DNA of 64,000 nt. Source: Somniosus microcephalus (lineage: Eukaryota). Positions 13,280-26,755 of the stretch are shown here, one piece after another. A program made the position numbers and the translations under genes. Positions within the stretch are counted from its first letter, which is position 1; every line of letters begins with the position of its first letter. Below the pieces are notes generated by a model that had not been told where the DNA came from, did no database searches, and saw nothing but the letters and a program-made list of their open reading frames with translations. The DNA lies in the NCBI GenBank assembly GCA_052327205.1, contig JBMRGM010000039.1, positions 42,346,001-42,410,000 on the forward strand, read 5' to 3'.

Positions 13280-15904
13280 TATCCAGCTTATTTCCAAACT
13301 ATCTCCAACTAAACTAGGAGACAATTCCATTCTGAGATGGATATCTTAACACCCGTCAATTAATTATTATTGTAATTTTGTGTGCTAATTAAATTTTAAT
13401 TATCTTTGTAAGCAGTTCTATTAAGCTAACTCTGATTCCTATCATGAATGAGCGAGATAAAAGACAACATCAAAGGAAATAAATAAACTCTTAGGAGATT
13501 TGTAATCTATTTCCTTTCTTCTCGGCTGTGTTTGCAGGTTATGAAGAGCATCTAACTTAAGCAAAATAGATGAATTAATGGATTCATGTTGAAATACTAA
13601 GAACATTTCCCCCTTTTTTACAGAGTTTTATGCCTATGAAGGTGTTGTTTTTCATCATATGGACGGGACACCATCTCCACTCTCAATAGTGGGAAACAGC
13701 TTTTCCTTGACAACCATCAATGGGACTTTGACTGTCCAATAGGAAGTGAATGTACCTAGTATGCTGAGCTTCCCTTTCCTTTTCCTCTCCTTCTCGAGGA
13801 AGCGGGTGGTTTGGCCGAGGGTTCTCTCGAGATGGGCAGTAGATTTTCTCTGTATGACTTGATGTTTCTTGGACTATCACAGATACAACGATAGCTTCCC
13901 TAGTCCAGGGTTGTCCTGTGATCTCAATGAGTACTTAACTGTATCCATTTTTGATTATTAATGCAGTTTCATCCATGATAAAATTTTAGCAATCTGAACA
14001 ATAAAGGACTTGATTCCAAAATATTTGCATGGCTTTAATATTTTAACATCATACAGACTACTTGAAAACAATCAACAAAGTCTTACTTGCTGTTGTCAAT
14101 TATCTGTCATCCTTTTTTGCCGAGTATTTTCTCATTATAAAACCCTATTTCAACCTTCATGCTGGAAACTGCCTATGCAAAAAGCCACACTGTTCTTACG
14201 CCATCTCACTACTCACGGCACAATAGCACATTAACCTGTACAGTAGAGGAAAATCTATGCTCCAACCTGATAAGTCAGCTTCACAAATTGGAAAATTTCT
14301 GCTATTTAACTCTCAATATAAATAAAAAGTGAAGTATTGTATTAAGAGGACAGATTGAAATTAGCATTGGGATTGAATTATATCTATGTACCCTGGTGCA
14401 ATAATACATTACCCTACAATACTTCACCTGAAGACTATAGGTAGTCTTGACTCCAGGTGCAGAATGTGCTGCGAGTTTGATTATCAGTACATTAAAAATC
14501 TTATGACCGATGTTTACAAAAACGCCATTACGATTGTTATTTTTTGTCACACTTTTGCGTCACATTTCCATTATAGGTTCCTCTGCTGTACTCATTTGTA
14601 CAACAAAATGTCTGCCGATCGAATTTTGCCATGCTGTAATTACAGCTTGCCACCAGGGGTGGTGCTATACCGCTTGGAATTTGCAACTCCTTGTTCTCAG
14701 CAAATTTCCAAAACTGCGTGATGCTTTCAGCGGCTCTGATTGCTTCAGCAATTGCCAACTATTTTACTACTTTACTGTAAATCTATAAATATTTGAAACA
14801 ATGTTTACTCAGACTTCCTACTATATACAAATAAGCACAGAAGATCGGAGTTTAAATGGGGGATTGGATTAGGTCTAAGCACCCGGCTCCATTGATCTCT
14901 TTCGCTCTATCCCCTCTGCATCTGTGACGATACTCGCTCCTCACTCCCTGTCTGAAACATCACTTTAATTAAATGATGAAAATAAAATGTCAGAGTTTAT
15001 GTTGTTTCTTGGTGCACTAAATGTCTCAGAATGATTGACACTCTATTTGATTCACAGTTGTGTTGCTAAATACAATAACAATTCTACAAACGGATGCTAG
15101 AAATGTAATAATAATGTTTTCTTTATTTTGATTCGTTAATTGTAAAAGTAGCTGAATGTAAGTTCGAATTCTGGATTCATGAATACAAGACAGAACTTAC
15201 ATTTTAGGGTCTCATTGCTTTGGTCACCAGGTGGCGCTGTGGTCCTTAAAATAACATAAATAGTCAAATAATCATTATAATTTTCGATGGCACAGTACAT
15301 TAAATTCTTGACACAGTTATTGAATGGATGTCAGACATGGATCTCGTGTTATTGTTGAAATATTCCTCTGGGCACGGCCATGAACAGGTCTTTGTCCAGC
15401 TGTTCCTCGGCTAGGATATTCCTTGGAATGTTTGCTTGTTAAACTGGAACTAACGATTTGTTTGAGCGGTAAAGCGACTAAGGAGGAACTATCACCTGCT
15501 TGCACCATGTGTCGTGAATCGTTAAATTGTTTGTGAATATTTCCTTTGGTTGGACAATCTTTTTGTCCAGTACTGTTTACTATTGGCTAAAAGTAAGAAT
15601 TTAATAACATCGCCACAAACAGATTCGCGACATCGCTTCACTGAGCACCAGAGAGCTTTCTTCCCTTATTGAGCAGTTGGAATTATGGGATTCCCAGATG
15701 GGAAAGGCTATGACTGAATGAGATAGTTAATGAAAACACAATTTAAAGGATGGAGAGTAGATGAAAGCAAAATTATTGAAGTAAATTGGACCTGCACTTG
15801 TTTGGTCAGTGTTTGAATATGTGTGATCCTGTGGGTGTTTGAGTGTGAGTCTGTTTGTTTTCGTATGTGTGTGTGTTTGTGTTTGAGTATGAGTATAGAT
15901 ATAT

Positions 15905-17395
15905 AAGATCATAGGAAATAGGAGCAGGAGTAGGCCATTCGGCCCTTCGAGTCTGCTCCAAATTTCAATGTGATCATGGCTGATCTTCTGCCTCAACTCC
16001 ATTCACTGGTCCTATCGCCATATCCCTTGAATCCCTTACTCGTCAGAAATCCATCGACTTCTGTACTGAATATAACCAATGATTGAGCCTCCACAGCCCT
16101 CTGTGGTAGAGAATTCCAAAGAATCACCTCCCTCTGTGTGAAGAAATTTCTTCTCATCTCATTCCCGAACGGCCTTCCCTTTATCTGAGGCTTTGGCCCA
16201 TCGTTCTAGAGTCCCGAGCCAAGGGAAACATTCTCCCAGCATCCAAAGTATCAAGCCGTGTAACAATTTTGTATGTTTCAAGGAGATCTCCTCTCATTCT
16301 TCTGCATTCAAGAGAATAAAGGCCTAGCTTACTCAATCACTTCTCATACGACAGTCCCCCCATCCAAGTAATCAATCTTGTGAACTATTGTTGCACTCCC
16401 TCGATGGCAAGTATATCCTTCCTTAGGTAAGGAGATCAAAATTGTACACATTACTCCAGTTGTGGTCTCACCGAGGCACTTTATAATTGGAGAATGACTT
16501 CTTTACTCCTGGTCTCAAATCCTCTTGTAATGAAGGACAGCATACCATTTGCCTTCATAATGGCTTGCTGCATCTAAAAATTCACCTTCGGTGACTCTTG
16601 TACAAGGACTTTCAGTTCCCTTTGAGCATCTGCATTCCCCAATCTTTCACCATTCAGGAAATAGTCTGCCTTTCTGTTTATTCCACTAAAGTGGATAATG
16701 TCACATTCTATCTGCCATGTTCTCGCCCACTCGCTGAGCCTGTCGAGATTACCTTGAAGCCTCTTCACGACCTCTTCACGACAGACAATGCCACCTAGCT
16801 TTGTATCATCAGCAAATTTGGAAATGTTACATTTATCCAAATCATTGATAAGATTGTGAATAGCTGGGGCCCAATCCCCGATCATTGCAGTACCCCAGTA
16901 GTCACAGCGTGCCATCTTTAAAAAGTCCCATTTATCCCTACTCTTTGTTTTCTGTCTGTTAACCAATTCTCAATCCATGCTAGTATATTACCCCCAATTC
17001 CATGTGCCCTAATTCTGTTCGCCAACCACTTGTGTGGGACCTTATGGAAGGCCTTCTGAAAATCCAATACACCACATCCATCAGTTCCCCTTTGTCTACT
17101 CAACTAGTTACATCCTCAAAGATCTGCAAAAGATTTGTTAAATAGGAGTTCCCTTTCAAAAATCCATGTTGACTCTGCCAATCTTGCACTTAATTTCTGT
17201 GTGCCCAATTATTGCATCGTGTATAATAGATTCCAGCATTTTCCCAACTACTAATGTGAGGCTAGCAGGTCTCTAGTTCTCCGTTTTCTCTCTCCCTTCT
17301 TTATTAAATAGCGGGATTACATTTGCTGTCCTTCAATCTGCAGGAAGCGTTCCAGAATCTATAGAATTCTGGAAGATGACAACCAATGCGTCCAC
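15905..17395 (-). mobile_element. 5'-truncated CR1 LINE inserted in a degenerate (GT)n tract
   Basis: ORFs 16574-16966 (ISKFADDTKLGG) and 16918-17103 (LDFQKAF.KVPH). GT-rich sequence on both flanks. Confidence 0.9.
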
Positions 17396-17674
17396 GATCC
17401 CAATTCATCCACTATCCCAATATGTTTGTGTGTGTGTGTTTGAATCTGAATGTATGAGTGATTGTGTGTTCGATTCTCTGAGTGTCTACCTATATGTGTT
17501 TTTATATATGTATTGGTGTGTTATTGTGTGCGTGAGTGTGAGTGCCGGAGCTCCAATCTAAAATGAAAAAGACGCGATGCATACAGAGAGTACAATTTTT
17601 CTGAACGTTTGCTTCTGACTTTTATCTCAGTCGGGTGTGGTTGAAATTGATAATTGAACACTTAATGTTCTCAC

Positions 17675-17702
17675 GTCATTTCTCTGCTGCTTCTCTGCTT
17701 CC
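17675..17702 (-). pseudogene. Probable 28-nt cytoplasmic mini-exon of the IgSF receptor gene
   Basis: ttttcttctcag|GG AAG CAG AGA AGC AGC AGA GAA ATG AC|gtgaga = (G)KQRSSREM. Phase is compatible with the upstream TM exon. Confidence 0.5.
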
Positions 17703-18842
17703 CTGAGAAGAAAATATAATTGTTAGAAATCAAAGGCTAGAAAATAGGATCATGAGAATAGTCAAAGAGCAGCAAATGTCTTTGGGACACAGAAATTTAT
17801 GCCCCAGCACCATAACTATCCTGGCACAACATCCACCGGTATTATGAAGAAACACAAAGGCTGTAATCTTAAACTATACCCCTGGTGGGAATCGGGCGGA
17901 TTCGTACAGGAATTGCGTTTTACACGCCGCCCATTTCCCGCTTCACTGGGTGGTCAGCGGCTCATACATGCTTCCAGGAACCAAAGAATGTGGCTTTAGC
18001 GATACACCTGTTAACATGGCTAACGTGTTGGCTCAAACCGTCTCAATGTCCGTTAATCAGATGGAGAGAGTGGTCACAGCTATGGAGTGCATGAAACAGT
18101 CTGATAGATGCAGTTGATTGTGGTAAGGGTGCAGATGAAAATTGACCCAGTGCTTTTAAAAGTGTCGTTAAAATGTAGGATGTAGATGATGAAGATGAAT
18201 ATGTTAAAGGACAGAACACATGGTACGGCAGATGTGACTGCGCAGTCAAGGGAGAAGAAGTAATAGATCAAAATGTTGGATGATCATGCAACAGGTAGGA
18301 GTGCAAACGATCTCCCGCTTTGTGCTTCCGTCGAGAAGGCATTTCTACCCAGGTCGCTTTCAGCTTTGCCCTTCACCATTTCACCTGTCAGGCCACGATC
18401 TCCTAATAGTTACAGCCCGAGGTTTGTGTTCCAGTGGAAGATGGCTGGAGGTGGGTGTTATTACTGGGTAAGTAGAGAGGTGAAAATAAGCTTAGTTTGT
18501 GTGTATGTAATGAACAGAATCGACATATTGTTTCATCCACCTTTCCTCCAGAAGCACACACCTAACAGGGCAAGGATGAGAATCAGACCCACAGCAGAGC
18601 CAACATCAGCCTCCAGCGACACGGGTTAATCGAAATGAGATAAAGGCATACAGCGGAACCAAGTTAAACAACAGATTCTACACTAAATTTGTTGCCCAAC
18701 AGAATAAATAAAAGCGGCTCTGTGATGATATAGAATCCAGAGTGAGCTCCAGAACAGAAGAAATATATTGGTGGTGACGCAGCCTTCCAAACACTGGTGC
18801 ATTTCTTTAGCGATTCCATAGTCACTTATACTCGAAATCTAC

Positions 18843-18955
18843 CTTTCCTCCTCTCTTTTACCCCGATCAGTCACCCGCATTAAAGCAGTGCTGCTAAATA
18901 ATTGAAGCAGTAATCAGGACGGCAGGTGTTGCTACACGATAACGTTAGAAACCAC
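18843..18955 (-). pseudogene. Degenerate transmembrane exon of the IgSF receptor
   Basis: ttttaacag|...VATPAVLITASII/LAALL*CG*LIGVKERRK G|gtagat. Hydrophobic run then basic stop-transfer residues, with a frameshift and stops. Confidence 0.55.
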
Positions 18956-19409
18956 CTGTTAAAAGTGACACAGCGCAAAGCTCAATGGTTACTGGTTGAT
19001 TAATTAATTGCCTGATTTATTCCTCGATTCCTTCGTTCGATATTAGCTCTATACCTGGGACCAAGTGAATGTTCAATCTTCGCAGCCAGCGGCAAAAATG
19101 TAACACCAACAGTGTAGAAATTAATCAGCTTAACACCGGAATGATTACTGGCTCAAAAATGCGGCTCTGCAGAGAGAAGAGATCAGGCAACGTTTCAGGT
19201 GCGGACCGTGTCCAGTGTCACTGCTCTCTCCCAAGGTGCTGACTGACGGGTTGTCTGTTTCCAGCATGTGCAGTTTGTGTTTGTGTTTTGCTCACTATGA
19301 TAAGGTTCCGTTGTTAAAATCCTAGTGTGGATGTTATTTTTCTCAGCTTCTCAGTGCACAAGCCTTTACCTTTAGGGGTCGGCGAAGAACTACAGGGAAC
19401 AACTGATGA

Positions 19410-19553
19410 TTAAGGGGTTACGGGGAGCGGGCAGGGAAGTGGACGTCAGTCTAGGTTCGGATCAGCCATGACCCTATTAAATGGCGGAGCAGGCCCGAGG
19501 GACCGTATGGCCTACTCCTGCTCCTACTTCTTATGTTCTTATGTTATGTTCTT
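19410..19553 (+). mobile_element. Very short 5'-truncated CR1 3' UTR insertion
   Basis: ggcctactcctgctcctacttcttatgttcttatg tail, with attaa on both sides (possible TSD). Confidence 0.75.
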
Positions 19554-19775
19554 ATTAAAACTTTCGTTTCTAATTGAAGGAACATGCCATTCAAAGTTTG
19601 GTGCTTTTATTCTTTCCTCAGTAACAGGATAAACAGCGACCATTTGGTGACGTCAGCGTGAAGAGGCCTTTGGCTGTAATGCACACGCCAATTCTCGGCA
19701 TTAAATTCAACACCTGATGCAGACTAACAATGAAAATATTTTACTATTGGCGGATTAACACTGAATCTCGCTCAC

Positions 19776-20072
19776 CTGTGACAGTTATATGTACCGGGTC
19801 ACTTAGAGGCGATGTTAGCAGCCGTCCCCGTACCTCTGCCTCATAAAGACAGGAGTAATTTCCTCCTTTGGCGTGATGTACATTCCTGAAGGTGAAGGTG
19901 ACAAAATTACTCCCTGCAGCCGCAGGCTGGCCATCCGAGTAATTCGCTTCTCCATGTCTGTATAAGTAAAATGTGAAGGCAGGTACGTCCCGGTGGCTGG
20001 AACAGTTAATGGTAATTTCCCCACCCTTCACAGCAACACTCGAACCTTCTGATAGATTTGGTTTGGGTAGAT
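19776..20072 (-). CDS. Intact C2-type Ig-domain exon (LILR/KIR/IGSF1/LITR-like), phase 1-1
   Basis: ttacag|(D)LPKPNLSEGSSVAVKGGEITINCSSHRDVPAFTFYLYRHG...VTFTFRNVHHAKGGNYSCLYEAEVRGRLLTSPLSDPVHITVT G|gtgagc. 297 nt, both cysteines present, no stops. Confidence 0.9.
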
Positions 20073-20080
20073 CTGTAATT

Positions 20081-22579
20081 CATAGAAACATAGAAACATA
20101 GAAGATAGGAGCAGGAGTAGGCCATTCGGCCCCTCGAGCCTGCTCCGCCATTCAATGCGATCATGGATGATCAGCCAAATTCAGTACCCGGTCTCTGCTT
20201 TCTCCCCATAGTCTGAAGAAATATATCCAACTCCTTCTTGAATATATTTAATGCATTGGACTCCACTGCCTTCTGTGGTAGAGAATTCCACAGGTTCGCC
20301 ACTCTCTGCGTGAAGAAATTCCTCCTCATTTCTGTCCTAAATGGCCTACCCCTTAACCTTAGACTGTGACCCCTGGTTCTGGACTCCACGACCATCGGGA
20401 AAATCCTTCCTGCATCTCGTCTGTCCAGTCCTGTCAGAATTTTATAAGCTTCAAGGAGATCCCAACTCATTCTTCTAAACTCCAGCGAGTACAAGCCCAA
20501 TCGACCCAATCTCTCCTCATATGTCATTCCTGCCATCCCAGGTATCAGCCTGGTTAAACTTCGCTGAACTCCTTCCATGGCAAGAACATCCTTCCTCAGA
20601 TAAGGTGACCAAAACTGCACACAATACTCAAGATGTGGTCTCACCAAGGCCCTGTACAACTGCAGCAAGACATCCTAGTTCCTGTGCTCAAACCCTCTCG
20701 CTACGAAGGCCAACATACCATTTGCCTTCTTAACCGCCTGCTGGACCTGCATGCTTACCTTCAGCGACTGGGGCACAAGGGCACCCAGGTCTCGTTGCAC
20801 TTCCCCTTCTCCCAATCTATTGCCATTCAGGCAATAATATGCCTTCCTCTTTTTGCCAACAAAGTGGATAACCTCAAATTTATCCGCGTTATATTGCATC
20901 TGCCGTGCTTCTGCCCAATCACCCAACCTGTCCAAATCATCCTGTAGTTGATCTGCATCCTCCTCACAGCACAGACGCCCAACCAGCTTTGTGTCGTCTG
21001 CAAATTTGGAGATATTACATCTAGTTCCCTTTTCTAGATTATTAATATATATTGTGAATAGCTGGAGCCCAAGGACCGATCCCTGCGGTACCCCACTATT
21101 CACTGCCTGCCACTCGGAAAAAGACCCGTTTATTCCAACTCTTTGCCTTCTGTCTGCAAACCAGTTCTCTATCCAAGTCAATACCTTGCCCCCAATCCCA
21201 TGTGCCTTAACTTTACACGCTAATCTCTTATGCGGGACCTTATTGAAAGCCTTCTGAAAGTCCAAATACACCACATCCACAGGTCCTCCCTTATCTATTT
21301 TACCTGTTATATCCTCAAAAACTTCCAGTAGTTTAGTCAAGCACGATTTACCTTTTGTAAATCCATGTTGACTTTGTCCGATCCTGTCACTGTTTTCCAA
21401 GTGCCCTGCTATTACGTCTTTTAGAATGGACTCTAGCATTTTCCCCACTTCCGATGTCAGGCTTCCCGGTCTGTAATTCCCCGTTTACTCTCCACCACCT
21501 TTTTTGAATAGTGGGGTAACATTAGCTACCCTCCAATCCATGGGTACTGTTCCAGATTCCATCGAATTTTGGAAGATGATCAGCAATGCATCTACTATTT
21601 CTAGGGCCACTTCCTTAAGTACCCTAGGATGTAGATTATAAGGCCCTGAGGATTTATCGTCCTTCAATCCCATCAATTTCCCTAACACCATTTCCCTACA
21701 AATACTGATTTCTTTCAGTTCCTCACTTTCATCAGACCCTATGTTCCCCGACATTTCTGGGAGGTTATTTGTGTCATCCTTTGAGAAGACAGAACCAAAA
21801 TATGTATTTAATTGGTCAGCCAATTCTTTGTACCCCATTATAAATTCCCCTGATTCTGACTGCAAGGGACCTACGCTTGACTTGACCAATCTATTTCTCT
21901 TCACATATCTATAATAGCTTTTGCAGTCAGTTTTTATGTTCCCTGAAAGATTACTCTCATATTCTATTTTCACTTTCTTAATTAATTCCTTTGCCCTCCT
22001 TTGTTGACTCCTAAACTGCTCCCAATCATCTGGTTTACTGCTTTTTGTGACCAATTTATTTGTACTCTCCTTGGATCTTATGCTATCCCTAATTTCCCTT
22101 GTTAGCCACGGTTGAGTCACCTTTTTTGTTTTATTTTTATGCCAAACTGGGATGAACAAATTCTGCAGATCATCCATGCGGTCTTTGAAGGTTTGCTATT
22201 CCCTTTCCACCGTCAACCCTTTGAGTGGCATTCAACATTCAATCCTACCCAACTTGCGCCTCAGCCCATTGTAGTTTCCTTTATTGAAATTCAGGACACA
22301 AGTCTCTGAGTCAACTGCTTCATTCTCCACCTTAATGAAGAATTCGATCATATTATGATCGCTCCGAGCCAAGGGGCCTCGTACAACAAGATTGCTAATT
22401 AATCCTTTCTCGTTACATAATTCCCAGTCTAAGATGGCCTGATCTCTGGTTGGTTCCTCGACATATTGGTCCAGGAAACCATCCCGTAAACATTCCAGGA
22501 TTTCCTCCTCCACAGTATTGTTACTAATTTGGTTAGCCCAATCTATATGTAGATTAAAGTCACCCATGATGACTGCTGT
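20081..22579 (-). mobile_element. Relatively young 5'-truncated CR1 LINE
   Basis: Long ORF2 pieces at 22232-22579, 21485-22177, 20675-21448 and 20171-20668. (catagaaa)n tail at 20081-20100. Confidence 0.95.
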
Positions 22580-23340
22580 TCGAAAAGAACAAGCAGTGCG
22601 GATTGATTTAAATGTATTGCAGCATTTTGTCAACCTAACTGTAATAACCCAGGAATAACAGTCTCGAGTAATACCAGCGAATTCACCTCATTGGTGCCTG
22701 TCCTGCGGCTCCACTATTAATACATGAGCTAAGACAACTTTTCGCACCTGGATTGGCATCATATTCAGCACCAGGAAGTCATCTCAGGCAGGGTTCAGTA
22801 GACAAACAATGGGGAGTTGTGAATGAGGAGATTGGACGATTCCAAAACTAAAAACCCTTAATCACTGAATTTTGTGTATCTGTAGATTATGGAAAGAAAA
22901 CGATGTCCTAAATTCTCCTACTGTCGATGTTAGTTTCAAATAGAAACATGTGAACAGAAGGAGGCCATTCAACCCTTCCTGCCTGTTCTGCTATTCAACT
23001 GATTATCTCTGTTTTTTAACTCCATTTAGCAGCCTTGGTTCAATTTCCCTTCATACCCGTGTGTAACCGAAGTCTATCAATCAGCGTTTAGCAATTTTCA
23101 GTTGACATTTTCAATTGGGGGAAAGAGCCCCCGAGTTCCAGTACCTTTAGTGTGAAATTATTCCCTTCTCACTTTTACACATTGAGATAAGTAATTTTTC
23201 AAATGCACGTATAATGATCCCAGACACAACTTTAAAAACATCAATTTTATTCAACATTTCTATTGGTAAAGAAAATAGTTAGTTCCCTGTAAACTTTTAT
23301 CATAAGGTGCGATTTACTAGCTTAACTTGATGCCACTTAC

Positions 23341-23595
23341 CTACTTTAGTTAAAGGAACAGCGTAGCTGGATAATGATTTCAACCATGATCCAGACACGC
23401 TTTACCCATACTTGCAGTTGTAAGGCATTCGAATTCTGATCGAAATAGCCGTCAATATGGAAAAAATTAAGTACCAAATTACCAGTCCAGTAAGAGTCCA
23501 ATTAGGTGTCACTGAGATACTGGGTGGTGAGCTGTTCACTGACCAGTTGAAACAAGTGCGTGCCTGAACTACATTTATTATAGGATATATTTGCA
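23341..23595 (-). pseudogene. Degenerate partial Ig exon
   Basis: Ends PYNCKYG*SVSGSWLKSLSSYAVPLTKV G|gtaagt (Ig F/G strand pattern, strong donor). The 5' part is unclear and lies next to an L2. Confidence 0.5.
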
Positions 23596-23611
23596 AAAGC
23601 ACATAGCTCAA

Positions 23612-24180
23612 AGAACAACAACAGCCACTACAATTTGCATTTATGAAGCGCCTTCAACTTAGTATAACGTCTCAATCACTTCACAGGAGATTTATCAAAA
23701 TACATTTGACACCGAGCCAAATACGGAGCTATTAGGGCAGCTAACAAAAAACTCACTGAAAGAGGTCCGTTAAATGAGCATTTTCAATGAGATGGAGTGA
23801 GGCTGAGATGTTTATGGAAAGACTTCCATAATTTAGGGCCAAGGCAGCTGATGGCTCGGCAAACAATGATGGAGCGATGTAAAGCTGGGGTCTGGGAGGA
23901 GAGCAGATTTGGAGGGGTGCAGGCATATTGGAGGTTGCAGGGCTTGAGGAGGTTACAGAAACAAGGAGCGGCGAGATACTGAGCCAATGTAGCTCAGCAA
24001 ACAAAGGGGTAATGGATAAACGGAACTTGGTGCGAATTAGGACATGGGCAGCAGAGTTTTTGATTCGCTGAAGTTTACAAAGGGTGCAAGGTGCGAGGCC
24101 AGAGAGGAGAGCATTGGAGTTAAAGTGAACAAATGATTGAACGAGGGTTTCATCAGCAGATGAGCTGACTCAGGGGCGTG
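23612..24180 (-). mobile_element. L2 LINE 3' fragment
   Basis: aacaac...ttgcatttatgaagcgcc tail. Minus strand gives AELHWL and RAISCLGPKLWKS, the L2 C-terminus. Confidence 0.75.
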
Positions 24181-24639
24181 GAGGACTGCGTAGCATATTC
24201 AGGGTAACTGAACAGTTAAACTAAGTGAAATGCAAACAGAGTGACGATATTAAAACTGGAATTTGTTGAGAGTAGGAGGTAGATGCAGAGAGTGAAGGAG
24301 GTGCTAAATAATTTAAAACGAAGAAAACATAAACAAATAAATGTTTTAAAAACTGAGCATGGAGCAGCAGCCGAGAGGGAAAAACAAACTATCATTGATA
24401 TTCTAATGTTACTCTATAGTTTGTAATTGTTGATTTAGGTGATAATTATGTTAACGTAGCACATATGAGGTCACGATAAGAAACAAACCATCAACTTTTA
24501 ATAATTAAATAGACCAATTTGGATAAATGCACTGAGCTGAGCGACAGCAGAATCTAAGTTAACATTTTAGGGGATTCGTTAAGCAATAGAGATCAATTAA
24601 TAACTGCTATTTCAACATTAAGCAAGTTAATATGTAATG

Positions 24640-26090
24640 GAAACTGGCAGCACAGGCAATGCCTCGGGGCTACAGTATGTGGGAATTTGTGATCAGCGAC
24701 ACTCTCCTGTCGAGCCACATCTGCAGGAAATGCCTCTGTCTTGACTCACTCCGGATCAGAGTCGTTGAGTTTGAGCGCGAGTTAAAGACACTCTGACACA
24801 GAAGGAAGATTGAGGACTGCCTGAATAGTTTACTGCAGAACACAGTCACACCAAGTATAGGGATGTAGGTACAAGGGTAGCTGGGTGTGACTGACAGTCA
24901 TGCAGTCATGGCATATCGAGTTGAGTCCGGGAATGAAGAACCACAGAAGCAGGACCTGTCGAGCACGCGCGATGTACTGGCTACCTGTGAGGATAAGAAG
25001 AAATGCTGACAAGGGACACGGTTACAGAAATTGAAGGCGAATATCACTGTGGATTAACTGGCAGTAGAAATGGTCTGGGTAGAACTGAGCTGTTGAAAGT
25101 TTTGCAAGACTTTGCTGGGAGTTGTCTACACATCTGATAGCAGATAGAGTAGCGGGTTGAATAAATACGATGATCCGATACATTTGTCACAAAACCCGAT
25201 TGGTTAAGATTGGCGGATTAATGTTCCCGTAGACTGGGAGCAGCAGAGCAGCTCCAGGCCCAGAGACAGCGAATGTCTTCCGTGTATTAGAGACAGATCG
25301 CAGGAACAATGCGTTCTTCAACCAAGAAGAGGAGAAGCGATGAGTAATGAGCAATCATTAGTCATCAATCTAATGATCAGCGGAGATCCAGCTAACAGTG
25401 AACATAACAAGAATGAATTCAATATTAGGATAAAGCGGAAGAGCTCCACTTGTCTAATTAATAAAGTTTGTTCAACATTAGAGATGAGAGATAGCATAGC
25501 ACGAAAATGAATGGCTTAGACAAATACAAGGAATAGTGGAGACTGAGATAGATATAACGAACAGGAAAGGAACATAAATGAATTAGTAAGCACTGCAGGA
25601 ATATAATAAAAGAAGTAATCTTGACGCCAACAGCTTTTACAATAATATTAAGAGAACTATGAGGAAACATTGAATAGACTACACCTGCATACCCTAGAGC
25701 TTAGAAGAATGGGAGCTGATCGCAATGAAACGTTAAAATACTTAAGGAGCTTGGCAGTGTTGGCTGAGAGTATGATTCCCCTGGCTGGATATTATATAAA
25801 TACGCGTCGAAATCTCACAATAAGGGGTCGAAGAGTTGAGACTGTGATGACGAGCAATGTCTTAACTCAAAATGTTGTGAATATCTGGAATTCTGTACCA
25901 CAGTGGGCTGTAGATGCTCAGCCGTTGCGTATCTTCATGACAGAGATCGAAGTTTGATACTAAGGGAAACAAGGGATATGGGAAGAGTACTGGAATTTCG
26001 ATTAGATGTAGAAGATCAGCCATAATCTTAGTGAACTGTAGAGAAGGCTCGAAAGGCCGAATGGCCTACCCCTGCTCCTATTTCTAAAGT
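24640..26090 (+). mobile_element. Highly degraded CR1 (ORF1 Zn finger, APE, RT C-terminus, 3' UTR)
   Basis: CSMWEF...HICRKC at 24672-24732, VWVEL at about 25075, ORF 25670-25957, 3' UTR ggccgaatggcctac. Confidence 0.75.
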
Positions 26091-26094
26091 TTTT

Positions 26095-26755
26095 ATATTA
26101 AGAGGCTGCCGAAGGCAATGTGGGCCCTGAATGACAGAAACCTTGTGAACTGTGGCTACAAAAGAAGTTCAGAGCTTTGGTACTCTGCGGCGAGTGACTC
26201 GCCTTCGGACACATGAAAAGCTTCAAACCATCTACGAGGAATAGGCCAGCAGTGTGGTGGAACACTCTCATCTTATCTGGATGAGTGCAGCTACAACTCA
26301 AGAAGTTCGACATCATCCAGGACAAAGCAGCCCCCTTGATTGGCACGCCAACCACCACTTTAAAAATTCAATATTTCCAACACCAGCACACCGTTGTGGC
26401 AGTGTGTTCCATCTACAAGGTGCACTGCAGCAATGCACCAAGGTTTACTCAACAGCACGTCCTACACTGCGACCTCTATCACCTAGAAGGACAAGGCCAG
26501 CAGGCGCATGGGAACAACACCACCATCAATTTCCCCTCCAAGTCACACACTATCGTGACTTGGGATATACCACCTTTCCTTCATCGTGACTGGTTCAAAA
26601 CTCTGGAATTACCTCCATAACAGCACTGTAGGAGTGCCTTAACCACAGAGACTGCAGCAGTTGAAGTAGGCGGCTAACTACCTCTTTCTCAACATCAATT
26701 ATCGATGGACAGTAAATGTTGGCTTTGACAGTGATGCCCACATCCCATGAATGAA
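26095..26755 (+). mobile_element. 3' fragment of a second CR1/L2-group LINE family
   Basis: ORF 26285-26620 (LKKFDIIQDKAAPLIGTP...IYKVHCSN). atgaatgaat tail at about 26748. Confidence 0.7.

Noticed and set aside
15317-15590. Terminal cytoplasmic exon of the IgSF gene
   Set aside because: The frame is open, but there is no phase-consistent strong acceptor and no ITIM or ITAM motif.
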